Below are positions 1 to 8,458 of a DNA stretch of 13,552 nucleotides, piece by piece. The number at the start of each line of letters is the position of its first letter. Position 1 is the stretch's first letter. A model generated the notes under the pieces. It saw only the letters and a program-made list of their open reading frames with translations. It was not told the origin of the DNA and ran no database searches. This DNA comes from Planctomycetota bacterium (GTDB taxonomy: Bacteria; Planctomycetota; PLA2; JAEUHO01). The translations under genes and the position numbers were made by a program. The stretch is taken from assembly GCA_050248855.1 (NCBI GenBank), contig JBFWRP010000049.1:1-13552 (forward strand), read 5' to 3'.

Positions 1-15
1 CCGAGTCCGCGCGTG

Positions 16-127
16 AGCGCGGAACGACGAACCCTGCGCTCCGCTTGGGGCCAGAGCCTGAGATGCGAGGCGCGCGGAGGTGTCTGAACCTGTGCCTCGG
101 AGCGAAGCGACGGTGGCACGGTGTCAG
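16..127. repeat. Module B: 112-bp exact inverted repeat of window end 13441-13552
   Basis: The reverse complement of 13441-13552 (AGCGCGGAACGACGAACC...GGCACGGTGTCAG) matches 16-127 base for base on reading. Confidence 0.95.
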
Positions 128-238
128 CTCTTCATGCCGACGGCAAGGCCCGTACGCGTCTCGATGCGCGCGGCACCCCCTCCCATGGAAGCGTGTCCGT
201 CCTGTCCGAGCCCGGAGTCCAGGCACCTTCCATTGCAG
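128..238 (+). mobile_element. Module C: 111-bp inserted element flanked by a CAG direct repeat
   Basis: A second copy lies at 12865-13070 (5 substitutions plus a nested insertion). Here the context is GGTGTCAG[...CATTGCAG]ACACCG; the empty form GGTGTCAG|ACACCG is on the minus strand at 13435-13449. Confidence 0.7.
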
Positions 239-283
239 ACACCGAAGTGCGACGTCCGCCGGCCGGCGAACCGCGCCCCCTGC

Positions 284-341
284 GTGTCAGGCACCTTGCC
301 CACGTTGCCGCTTCACGGCGCCGCGGCAAGGGTCCTGACAC
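284..341. repeat. Hairpin unit A, copy 1 (58-bp imperfect palindrome)
   Basis: Arms GTGTCAGGCACCTTGCC and GGCAAGGGTCCTGACAC pair at 15/17 positions; the loop holds a small inner stem GCCG-CTTCA-CGGC. Confidence 0.9.
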
Positions 342-395
342 ATCCGGGTTCGCTCTGATACCCAAGTGCGCCGGCCGGCGAACTGCGCCCCCTGC

Positions 396-453
396 GTGTC
401 AGGCACCTTGCCCACGTTGCCGCTTCGCGGCGCCGCGGCAAGGGTCCTGACAC
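396..453. repeat. Hairpin unit A, copy 2
   Basis: Near-identical to 284-341, 112 bp downstream. Confidence 0.9.
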
Positions 454-465
454 ATCCGGGGTCGC

Positions 466-2109
466 TCAAGCCGTCGGCGGCTTGCCCTTCTTCGGCGTCG
501 TCGGCTTGGCATCGGCCGGCGGCTTGTCGTCGGTGGCCGCTTCGGCGTCGGCGACTTCCTCGGCGCGTACGAGCTTGCCGAAGTATTCGGGCATCTCGAC
601 ACCGCCGATGTCGCGCATCATGTGCATCATCGGAGGCAGCGAGCCGGCGAGGCTGGACAGGAAGTTGGACGTGGCGCCGCGCCCGTCGGTGCCCGTGCCA
701 CCGTCCCACACGACGATCTTGTCGAACTTGATGTTGCTGATGGCGTGGGCCGCGTTCTCGGAGAGCTTCTCCAGGTGCTCCAGCATCAGCATCTGGAAGG
801 CACTCTGCGGTCCTCCGCAGGCCTTCACGATCTCGCCGAGCGCCTGCCCCTTCTTGGCCAGGATCTCGTATTCGCCGCGGGCCTGCGCCTCCAAGCGGGC
901 GAAGATGGCCGATGCCTCGCCGCTGGCCTCGATCCGCCGACGTTCGGCCTCGGCCTCGGCATCGACCACGACCTTGGCCCGCGTGGCGCGCGCCGTGGCT
1001 ACGAGGTCGGCCATGCGCTCGGCCTCGATCTTCTCGCCCTGCGCCTTGGCGGCCTCGGCTTGTGCCAGGTACTGCTCGCGCAGCACCTCCGCCTCGGCCA
1101 CGCGCTTGCGCGTCTCGCCTCGCTGGTAGGCCTCGGCCCGCTTGACCTGCAGCTCGGCGTCGGCCTCGGCGATCTTGGCCTTGGAGGCGTTCTCGCCCGT
1201 CACGGCCAGTGCGTCGGCCTGCGCCACGCGCACGCGCTTGTCGCGCTCGGCGTCGGCGATGTCCGAGTCGCGCTGGAGGGCGGCCGTCTGCTCGCCGACC
1301 CGGGCCTGGCGGTCGAGGTTGGCGACCTCGATGACGCGGTCCTTCTCGGCGCCCTTCGTGCCGATGTCGCGCTCCTTGGTGGCCTCGGCCACCTGGATGT
1401 CCTTCTCCCGCTCGGCCAGGGCCACGCCGATGGCGCCGCGCTTCTCCTGCTCGGCCACGTCCACCTCGGCCTGCTTCACCGCGGTAGCCGCGGCCTTGCG
1501 CCCGATGGCCTCGATGTAGCCGGACTCGTCGGTGATGTCCGTGATGTTCACGTTGATGAGCACGAGGCCGATCTTGCGCAGCTCGGGCTCGAGCGAAGTC
1601 TGGATGCGCTCGAGGAAGGCGTCGCGGTCGCGGTTGATCTCCTCGATGCGCATCGAGGCGATCACCTGGCGCAGCTGGCCGAAGATGATGTCGCGCGCCT
1701 GGGCGTCGATGTCGTGCGGCTGCAGGCCGAGCAGGCGGATGGCCGCGTTGTTCATCACGGCCGACTCCGTGCCCACGGCCACGGTGAACACCGACGGCAC
1801 GTTGACGCGGATGTTCTCCATGGAGAGCGCGCCGCGCAGCGGGATCTCGATCTGCCGCGGCTCCAGGTCCAGGAAGTCGTAGTCCTGGATGAGCGGCCAC
1901 ACGAACGTGCCGCCGCCGTGGATGCACTGCGAGGCGCCACCGCCTCCGACCTTGCCGTACTTGACCAGCACCCGGTTGCTGGGGCAGCGCTTGTAGCGCT
2001 TGACCAACAGCACGATGAAGCTGAACAGGAAGAGGACGCCGAAGGCGACCATGATCAGCTCGATCTGGTCACCGCCCAGATCAAGCCCCAGCTGGAACAT
2101 CGACCCCAT
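466..2109 (-). CDS. Flotillin-family (SPFH/Band 7) membrane protein, FloT/YqiK-like, 547 aa
   Basis: N-terminal TM helix, SPFH domain (GGGTFVWPLIQDY...IEEINRDRDAFL...IGLVLINVNITDI), long AE-rich coiled coil, and C-terminal 'AISNIKFDKIVVWDGG' flotillin segment. AGGAG RBS upstream of the ATG; lies downstream of an NfeD-like gene. Confidence 0.92.
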   Translation of the reverse strand: MGSMFQLGLDLGGDQIELIMVAFGVLFLFSFIVLLVKRYKRCPSNRVLVKYGKVGGGGASQCIHGGGTFVWPLIQDYDFLDLEPRQIEIPLRGALSMENIRVNVPSVFTVAVGTESAVMNNAAIRLLGLQPHDIDAQARDIIFGQLRQVIASMRIEEINRDRDAFLERIQTSLEPELRKIGLVLINVNITDITDESGYIEAIGRKAAATAVKQAEVDVAEQEKRGAIGVALAEREKDIQVAEATKERDIGTKGAEKDRVIEVANLDRQARVGEQTAALQRDSDIADAERDKRVRVAQADALAVTGENASKAKIAEADAELQVKRAEAYQRGETRKRVAEAEVLREQYLAQAEAAKAQGEKIEAERMADLVATARATRAKVVVDAEAEAERRRIEASGEASAIFARLEAQARGEYEILAKKGQALGEIVKACGGPQSAFQMLMLEHLEKLSENAAHAISNIKFDKIVVWDGGTGTDGRGATSNFLSSLAGSLPPMMHMMRDIGGVEMPEYFGKLVRAEEVADAEAATDDKPPADAKPTTPKKGKPPTA

Positions 2110-2149
2110 TTCGTTCTCCTAGTGCCCTCCCGGCGAGGGCGCGATGGCT

Positions 2150-2686
2150 CTAGCGCGCCTCGACGCGCACCAGGTCTTCGGCGGGAATCTCGACGACGCG
2201 CACGCGCGTGCCCGTCGCCAGCTCCGGGCCGTCGGTGACGGCCCCCACTTCCACGCTGCGGCCCTGCACGTCCAGCGTGACCTTGCCCCGGCCCGTGCCA
2301 GCGGCCGGGATGCGCAGGTAGACGGTTCCCTCGACGCCGAGGGCGTTGGCAAGCTCCAAGGTCCCCGAGTGCCCCAGCCCGTGGAGGAGCTTCATCAGGT
2401 AGCCGACCACCACGACGGCGAGGAGGCCGGCCAACGTCGCGTAGAGCGCACGCTGCGGCGTGCCCATGTCGCGGTCGAGCAAGAGCAGACCCGTCAAGCC
2501 GAAGAAGCCGACGAACGCGACGAGGGTCTTGAACGACAGGAACCCGAAGAACCAGTCGCCCTCGAAGCCGTCGGCATCGCCCGCGCCGACGTCATGGTCC
2601 GCCACGCCGACGACCTGCAAGATCACCTGCACGAGCAGGATCCCGCAGCCGATCACGGCCATCCAGGTGTAGATCGCTTGTTCCAC
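2150..2686 (-). CDS. Short NfeD-like membrane protein (YuaF-type flotillin partner), about 178 aa
   Basis: Three hydrophobic helices, then an OB-fold NfeD C-terminus (GVEGTVYLRIP...GKVTLDVQGR...TGTRVRVV). Start placed at GTG 2686, which follows a GGGAGG RBS; the ORF track extension to 2860 looks non-coding. Confidence 0.85.
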   Translation of the reverse strand: MEQAIYTWMAVIGCGILLVQVILQVVGVADHDVGAGDADGFEGDWFFGFLSFKTLVAFVGFFGLTGLLLLDRDMGTPQRALYATLAGLLAVVVVGYLMKLLHGLGHSGTLELANALGVEGTVYLRIPAAGTGRGKVTLDVQGRSVEVGAVTDGPELATGTRVRVVEIPAEDLVRVEAR

Positions 2687-3062
2687 GCGCCCTCCCGTTC
2701 GCGGGTCGGGAGCACACGTCGGCGCGGCAGCCGGGGCTGGACGCGGCCTTCGGTCGTTCGCCCTCCCAGGCCCCCGCGAATGGCTCGCGGCGCCCGGGCG
2801 GCGGGGAAACCGAAGGCGTCCTGCCCCGACGGAACGCGGACGCATGGAACCCGACCGCACGGGCGGGCCCGGCGAAGCCCGCGTCGCACGACCCCTCCAT
2901 CATGCCCGGACGGGGGGGGCACGCGCAATCCGGCCGCGACGAACCGCGCTGCTTCGTCGCGTCGCCGTGCGGCACCCGTTCACCTACCCCGAGAACCCGC
3001 CGTCAAGGGTGCGTGGACGTCGCTCGGAGCGGAGCGCGACCGCCACGCATCGGGTCGTCAGT

Positions 3063-3152
3063 GCACCGTGAGAGGTGCAGGAGGGGTGCGGAATAGCCCT
3101 CCTGCCGCGAGGGCGTAGCCCGAGCGCCGAGTCCGCGCGGTAGCGCGGAACG
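3063..3152 (+). repeat. Module D: 90-nt multi-hairpin dispersed repeat, intergenic copy
   Basis: Colinear with 13212-13301; its last part (3127-3153) also matches 1-27. Contains three stems. Confidence 0.8.
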
Positions 3153-3266
3153 AAGTTCGGGCGCGTCGGCTGCACGAGGAGCGGATGCCGCCGCCGCCGA
3201 GCACTCGGCGAGCCGCACCTCCGCACTTCAGGGGCTGAACGCCTACGGCGTGCGGCACCTTGGGGG

Positions 3267-3272
3267 TAGCCT
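3267..3272 (+). promoter_or_regulatory. Possible -10 box (TAGCCT) for a leaderless transcript
   Basis: TANNNT hexamer 8 nt before ATG 3281; no Shine-Dalgarno sequence visible. Confidence 0.35.
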
Positions 3273-3280
3273 CCGGGCCC

Positions 3281-4303
3281 ATGAGCTCCGCCGTCTCCAT
3301 CCGCGGGCGTGACGTGGTCACGCTGGACACCTTCCGTGCCGAGGAGCTGCTCCACGTGGTGGCACGGGCCCGCTCCATGAAGGCCGCCCCCCTCGAGCAG
3401 CTCCTGCAAGGTCGGGCGCTGGCGATGGTCTTCTTCGACCCGTCGCTGCGCACACGCACCTCGTTCCACATCGCGTTCTCGACGCTGGGGGGCGCCGTGG
3501 TCGACATGGCTGCGGGCCGCGACCTCTGGCCGCTCGAGTTCCGCGAGGGCGTCCCCATGGACGGCCTCGCCGACGAACACGTCCGCGACGCCGCCGCCGT
3601 CCTCTCGGAGCACGCGGACCTGCTGGCGATCCGCGCCCTGGCCCGCCGCCGCGACTGGGCCCAGGAGCGACGCGACATGGTCATCGTGTCGTTCCAGAAG
3701 CACGCGCAGGTCCCCATCTTCAACATGGAGAGCGTGCTGGACCACCCCTGCCAGGCGTGGGGCGACGCTATGACGCTCGTCGAGACGCTGGGCGACGTGC
3801 GCGGTCGCAAGATCACGCTGACCTGGGCATGGCACCCCAAGGCCCGCTCGCTGGCGGTGCCGCAGGGCATCGCGACGATGGCCACGAAGCTCGGGATGGA
3901 CCTGACCGTCGCCCACCCCGAGGGCTTTCCGCTGGACCCGGGCGTGCGGGCCAACCTCGAACACGGAGCGCGCGAGAGCGGGGGCGCCTTGCGCTTCGTG
4001 CACGACCTGCGCGACGGCTTGGCCGACGCGGAGGTCGTCTACGCGGCGCCGTGGGGCAGCATCCACCACAACCACGACCCGGAGGCGGAGGCGGCGCTTC
4101 GTCAGCGCCACGTGGACTGGCGTGTGGACGCTACGGCCATGGCGCGCACGCGCGACGCCCGCTTCATGCACGCCATGCCGATCCGCCGCAACGTCGAGGC
4201 CGACGACGCCGTCGTGGACGCCCCCGGAAGCCTCGTCCTGGAGCAGGCCGCCAACCGCCTCCACGTCCAGCGCGCCCTGTTCTGCGAGGTGTTGGGTAGG
4301 TAG
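3281..4303 (+). CDS. N-acetyl/N-succinyl-ornithine carbamoyltransferase family (ArgF'-like), divergent, 340 aa
   Basis: Carbamoyl-phosphate motif FFDPSLRTRTSF, AOTC-type WPLEFREGVPMDG..EH loop, NMES..HPCQ, LTWAWHPK, PIRRNV and EQAANRLHVQ. ATG 3281 preferred over TTG 3260. Confidence 0.85.
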   Translation: MSSAVSIRGRDVVTLDTFRAEELLHVVARARSMKAAPLEQLLQGRALAMVFFDPSLRTRTSFHIAFSTLGGAVVDMAAGRDLWPLEFREGVPMDGLADEHVRDAAAVLSEHADLLAIRALARRRDWAQERRDMVIVSFQKHAQVPIFNMESVLDHPCQAWGDAMTLVETLGDVRGRKITLTWAWHPKARSLAVPQGIATMATKLGMDLTVAHPEGFPLDPGVRANLEHGARESGGALRFVHDLRDGLADAEVVYAAPWGSIHHNHDPEAEAALRQRHVDWRVDATAMARTRDARFMHAMPIRRNVEADDAVVDAPGSLVLEQAANRLHVQRALFCEVLGR

Positions 4304-4402
4304 GCGCGGGGGCTCGGGCCCGGCGGACACCGGCTGCGCCGGGGCTGGAGCGGTCCGGCGGCCGGGGTACGGTGACCCGCCGCCCGCGGAGGACGACACG
4401 CC

Positions 4403-4639
4403 ATGGCCGACAAGGACGCCAAGCTCACCGAGAACGTGCCCGGGCCGTTCTACGTGGACGACCAGTGCATCGATTGCGATGCCTGCCGCGAGACGGCGCC
4501 CGACTTCTTCCGCCGCAACGACGACCGCGGCTATTCGTTCGTCTACCGCCAGCCGGAGACGCCGGCCGACCGGGAGCTCTGCCTCGAGGCCCTGGAGGGC
4601 TGCCCCGTCGAGGCGATCGGGGAGGACGGCGACGAGTAG
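4403..4639 (+). CDS. Small single-cluster 4Fe-4S ferredoxin, 78 aa
   Basis: CIDCDAC...CPVEAIG motif, acidic composition, GGAGG RBS. Confidence 0.92.
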   Translation: MADKDAKLTENVPGPFYVDDQCIDCDACRETAPDFFRRNDDRGYSFVYRQPETPADRELCLEALEGCPVEAIGEDGDE

Positions 4640-4672
4640 GGGGTCGCGGACGGTCCTGCTGCCGAGACCGCG

Positions 4673-5611
4673 CTACTTCGCGGCCTTCGCCAGCTCCTTC
4701 CCGAGCTTCGCCTCGCGCGCGAGGATCTTCTCGAGGTCGGCCTCCGCACGGGGGCGCCAGTCGGGGTTCTTCTCGAGCCAGGTGCCGGCGTCGTTCTGGT
4801 CCACGAAGTCCTGGCCCGTCATGGCGGCCAGCGAGGCCAGCAGCTGGTCCTTCATGTCGCGCGTGGTCCCGCCGCCCTTGCCCTTGCCGCCGGCGGCCGA
4901 CTTGTTGCGCGCTGCATCGGCCTTGGCCTTGGCCTCGGCCGCCTTCTGGTCGCCGTCGCCGGCCGTTCCGGTGTCGACCTTGGCCTCGGCGCCGTCCCAG
5001 GACTCGCCCTTCTCCTGCGCGTCAAGCGTGCCGAGCTCGCGCAGGAGCGCCTCGAGGTGACGGACGTCCTTGAGCTCGCCGACGAGCGCAAGGGTCTGCT
5101 TGCGCACGGCGTAGTCCTTGTGCCGCAGCGTGGCCTCGAGCGCCTCCACGGGCGGGTGGTAGCCGAGGCGCCCAAGGGCCTGGAGGCAGGCGAGGACATG
5201 GTCATCGTCCTTGGCCAGCCTCTTGTCTTCGAGCAGCTCCACCACCTTGGGACCGGCGTAGGCCGCGAGCGTCGACTGCTTGCCGAGTGCGGTCAGCGCC
5301 ATGCGTCGCACTTCAGGGGCCCGGTCGCGGCGCGCGAGGTCATGGAGACGATCGATCACCTTGGGGTGCGGGATGCCCGACAGCGTCAGGACCGCGTGGT
5401 CCTTCTGCATGAGCTTGTCGTCGCCCTTCAGGCCCTTGGCCTTGAAGTCCTCCTCGAAGCGGGCGAGGGCCTCGCCCAGCTCCTCCGCCGCCGCCAAGGG
5501 CGGCAGCTGCGGGTCGAGGTCCTCGGCCGACACGGGGAACGGCGCGGCCAGGAGGAAGGCCGTGAGCCAAGGCAGGGCGCGACGCAGGCGGGAGCGACGG
5601 GGCAAGTGCAT
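4673..5611 (-). CDS. Secreted HEAT-repeat protein, about 312 aa
   Basis: Signal-peptide-like N-terminus (..LLAAPFPVSA-EDL) and HEAT-like repeats (PEVRRMALTALG, ACLQALGRLG, YAVRKQTLALVGEL). The start could be 5611 or 5629. Confidence 0.75.
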   Translation of the reverse strand: MHLPRRSRLRRALPWLTAFLLAAPFPVSAEDLDPQLPPLAAAEELGEALARFEEDFKAKGLKGDDKLMQKDHAVLTLSGIPHPKVIDRLHDLARRDRAPEVRRMALTALGKQSTLAAYAGPKVVELLEDKRLAKDDDHVLACLQALGRLGYHPPVEALEATLRHKDYAVRKQTLALVGELKDVRHLEALLRELGTLDAQEKGESWDGAEAKVDTGTAGDGDQKAAEAKAKADAARNKSAAGGKGKGGGTTRDMKDQLLASLAAMTGQDFVDQNDAGTWLEKNPDWRPRAEADLEKILAREAKLGKELAKAAK

Positions 5612-5617
5612 GCGCCC

Positions 5618-5623
5618 AGGATA
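5618..5623 (-). promoter_or_regulatory. Possible -10 box (TATCCT) for a leaderless transcript
   Basis: Minus strand reads GC-TATCCT-GGGCGC-ATG (6-nt spacing); no Shine-Dalgarno sequence. Confidence 0.4.
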
Positions 5624-5680
5624 GCGCATCGGGCTCCCCCCGCCCGGGGCGCGCCGGAGGAGCCCAGGACCAGGGCCCCC

Positions 5681-7114
5681 TTACTTCGTCAGGTCCCGGT
5701 AGATGCCCCCCGTGTCGCCGGCGAGGGTCCTGCACAGCTCGTAGGCGTGGGTCAGGATCCCCACGGTGTGGACGCGGACGGCACCCATCCGGGCACGCAA
5801 GCCGATGGCCGAGGCGACCTCGCCAGCGTCCGTGATCTCGCCCTTCGTCGGGATGTTGACGGTCACGTACACGATCTCGTCCACCCCCTTCTTCCAGCGC
5901 TGGGCGAAGGACTTGCCGCCCAGGTCCAGTGCTTCGTTCAGGGCGTCGTAGGCCGCGATGCCGTCGTCGACCTTGAGCTCCTCGATGGCCTCCATCAGCT
6001 TCTTGCGCGCAGCGCTTCCCGCCTTCGTCAGCTTGCCGAACACGGGGTGGACGGCCTTGTTGAAGAAGAGGACTTCGATGTCGACACCGGACGGCAGGTC
6101 CTCCAGCAGGCGCATGGCGTGCGCGGCGACGAGATCCTCGACGCGCAGCAGCTTGAAGTGCGCGATCGCGCGCGCACCCGGGACCTCGCAGACTTCGCGC
6201 AGACGATCGTCGGAGAAGGGATGGATGTCGTGGTAGCGCGTGCTCTTGTCGATGACGAGGGCCACGCGGTGGCCGTAGATCGGGATGCCGAAGAAGTGCG
6301 GGACCTCCACCGGTCGCGGTCGGATCGAGGCCAGGTCCGTGCCGGCCAGCAGGGCGCGCCAGGCCTTCTCGTCGAGCGAGTAGGCCTGGCCCGTGATCTG
6401 CTCGAGGGCCGCCAAGAGCGGCATCCTCTCGACACCGGCATCCTTGGCGAACACCGCATCCACGAGGGCGGTGATCACCGACTTCCCGCGCATCTCCTCG
6501 GGGACGGGCGGAGGCCCCGGGTCGGGCTGCCCCGGCGGAGGGGCCTCGTGCGGAGGCGTGGCCAAGCCCTGCAAGGCCCACGCGGCCGCGCTGCGTACGC
6601 GGTTGTCCTCGTGCTGCAGGGCCGCCAGGAGCGCATCGCGCGCGGCGAGGACGCGCCGGCTTCCGAGCGCACGCGCGGCCAGGGCCGCAGAGGCGCCGTC
6701 CTTGCCCGCCAGCTCGCCAAGGAGCAGCTCGTCGCTCGAAGCCGATGACGGCTGGTCACCCAGCGCCATCAGCAGGAACAAGCGCTCCTCGCCCTTGCGC
6801 TTGGCCAGGGCGTCGGCAAACGACGCGAGGGCCTCCTTGGAGCGCGCGCTGCCCAGTGCCCGCAACGCCGCGCGCATCACGGCCGGGTGCTGCTCCCGGC
6901 CGAGCGCCGAAAGGATCTCGTCGATGGCCTCGGGGGTGTCCCACCCTGAGAGCACGACGTAGGCGTCGGAGCGGACGGCCGTGTCCGGGTTCTTCTGGGC
7001 GGCACGGAACTCGCGCTTGGCGTCCTCCCAGTCGTCGGCGCGCGCGGCACGTGGCGACGCGAGCAGGGTCGCGCCGACGAGGACGAGCACGAGGGAGCGG
7101 AGGGAGGGCTTCAC
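5681..7114 (-). CDS. Secreted HEAT-repeat protein with a C-terminal vWA-like domain, 477 aa
   Basis: Signal peptide (ARA-DD), several HEAT repeats, then [37 protein letters not shown] and VRVHTVGI...LAGDTGGIY, typical of HEAT-vWA proteins. Confidence 0.8.
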   Translation of the reverse strand: MKPSLRSLVLVLVGATLLASPRAARADDWEDAKREFRAAQKNPDTAVRSDAYVVLSGWDTPEAIDEILSALGREQHPAVMRAALRALGSARSKEALASFADALAKRKGEERLFLLMALGDQPSSASSDELLLGELAGKDGASAALAARALGSRRVLAARDALLAALQHEDNRVRSAAAWALQGLATPPHEAPPPGQPDPGPPPVPEEMRGKSVITALVDAVFAKDAGVERMPLLAALEQITGQAYSLDEKAWRALLAGTDLASIRPRPVEVPHFFGIPIYGHRVALVIDKSTRYHDIHPFSDDRLREVCEVPGARAIAHFKLLRVEDLVAAHAMRLLEDLPSGVDIEVLFFNKAVHPVFGKLTKAGSAARKKLMEAIEELKVDDGIAAYDALNEALDLGGKSFAQRWKKGVDEIVYVTVNIPTKGEITDAGEVASAIGLRARMGAVRVHTVGILTHAYELCRTLAGDTGGIYRDLTK

Positions 7115-7253
7115 GTGCGGAAGGTACCCCGATCACGGACGTCGCGTGGAGGTGCGCCAGCCCCCAGGCGTCTGGCGTGGCCGAGTCGACGCCCCACGGG
7201 TACCGTGGCGCGCTCGTCGGGGGCCCCGGGCGCCCACCGGGAACGGAGGAGCC

Positions 7254-8456
7254 ATGTTCGACCCCGTACGCGCGTCGTACGCCAAACAGCTCGAGGAGAT
7301 CGAGGAGGCCGGTCTCACCAAGCACGAGCGGCTTCTCGTCACGGCCCAGGGCGCCCACGTACGCGTCCAGGGCGGCACGGACGTCCTCAACTTCTGCGCC
7401 AACAACTACCTCGGGCTCAGCAGCCACCCGCGGGTCATCGAGGCGGCCCGTAGGTCGCTGGACGAGCGCGGCTACGGCATGTCCTCGGTACGCTTCATCT
7501 GCGGCACGCAGGACCGCCACCGCGACCTCGAGCAGAAGCTGGCCGAGTTCGTGGGCCTCGAGGACTCGATCCTCTACTCCTCGTGCTTCGATGCCAACGG
7601 CGGCCTGTTCGAGACCATCCTCGATGCCGAGGACGCGATCGTCTCGGCCTCGCTCAACCACGCCTCGATCATCGACGGCATCCGCCTCTGCAAGGCCAAG
7701 CGCTACCGCTACGCGCACGACGACCTGAAGGACCTGGACGCGCAGCTTGCGCGGGCGCGCGAGGACGGCGCCCGCCGCGTGCTCGTGGCCACCGACGGCG
7801 TGTTTTCCATGGACGGCGACATCGCCGACCTCGCCGGGCTGTGCGACGTGGCCGAGCGCCACGAGGCCATGGTCATGGTGGACGACAGCCACGCCACGGG
7901 CTTCGTCGGCAAGACCGGTCGCGGCACACCGGAGCACTGTGGCGTCACCGGCCGCATCGACATCATCACGTCGACGCTCGGCAAGGCGCTGGGCGGCGCG
8001 TCGGGCGGGTTCACGGCGGCGCGGCAGGAAATCGTCGATCTCCTGCGCCAGCGCTCGCGTCCGTACCTGTTCAGCAACTCGCTGGCGCCGCCCATCGTGG
8101 CCGCTTCGCTGGCCGTGCTCGAGCTCCTGTCGTCCACGACGGAGCTCCGCGACCGTCTGGAAGCCAACACGATGCACTTCCGCGAAGGCATGGCCAAGGC
8201 GGGGTTCTCGATCCGTCGGGGCGTGCACCCGATCGTGCCGATCATGCTGGGGGACGCCCGCGTGGCCATGGAGATGGCCGATCGGCTCCTGGACGAAGGC
8301 GTCTACGTGATCGGCTTCAGCTTCCCCGTGGTGCCCAAGGGCCAAGCCCGCATCCGCGTTCAGCTGTCGGCAGCCCACGAGACCGCCGACGTGGACCGCG
8401 CCATTTCGGCCTTCACGAAGGTCGGCAAGCTCATGGGGGTGGTCGGGACCACATAG
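7254..8456 (+). CDS. kbl: Glycine C-acetyltransferase (2-amino-3-ketobutyrate CoA ligase), PLP-dependent, 400 aa
   Basis: [49 protein letters not shown] (PLP lysine), [11 protein letters not shown] and [19 protein letters not shown] before ATG 7254. Confidence 0.96.
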   Translation: MFDPVRASYAKQLEEIEEAGLTKHERLLVTAQGAHVRVQGGTDVLNFCANNYLGLSSHPRVIEAARRSLDERGYGMSSVRFICGTQDRHRDLEQKLAEFVGLEDSILYSSCFDANGGLFETILDAEDAIVSASLNHASIIDGIRLCKAKRYRYAHDDLKDLDAQLARAREDGARRVLVATDGVFSMDGDIADLAGLCDVAERHEAMVMVDDSHATGFVGKTGRGTPEHCGVTGRIDIITSTLGKALGGASGGFTAARQEIVDLLRQRSRPYLFSNSLAPPIVAASLAVLELLSSTTELRDRLEANTMHFREGMAKAGFSIRRGVHPIVPIMLGDARVAMEMADRLLDEGVYVIGFSFPVVPKGQARIRVQLSAAHETADVDRAISAFTKVGKLMGVVGTT

Positions 8457-8458
8457 GG

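Larger units (their letters stand above)
1..465. repeat. Left composite palindromic repeat cluster (REP/BIME/MITE-like mosaic)
   Basis: Built from modules that recur elsewhere in the window: tail of module D (1-27), module B (16-127), module C (128-238) and two hairpin units A (284-341, 396-453). It ends directly against the flotillin stop codon. Confidence 0.9.

Noticed and set aside
284..341. Integron attC sites
   Set aside because: No RYYYAAC/GTTRRRY boxes, no cassette ORFs between repeats, and no integrase.
45..450. Short ORFs in the terminal repeat clusters (also 12548-13523)
   Set aside because: They are translations of non-coding palindromic repeats in several overlapping frames, with no transposase motifs.
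2700..3060. Riboswitch or tRNA in the long intergenic region
   Set aside because: Only generic GC-rich stems are seen; no recognisable aptamer or cloverleaf consensus by eye.
7254..8456. kbl without neighbouring tdh as a novelty
   Set aside because: Unlinked kbl is not unusual; tdh may lie elsewhere in the genome.
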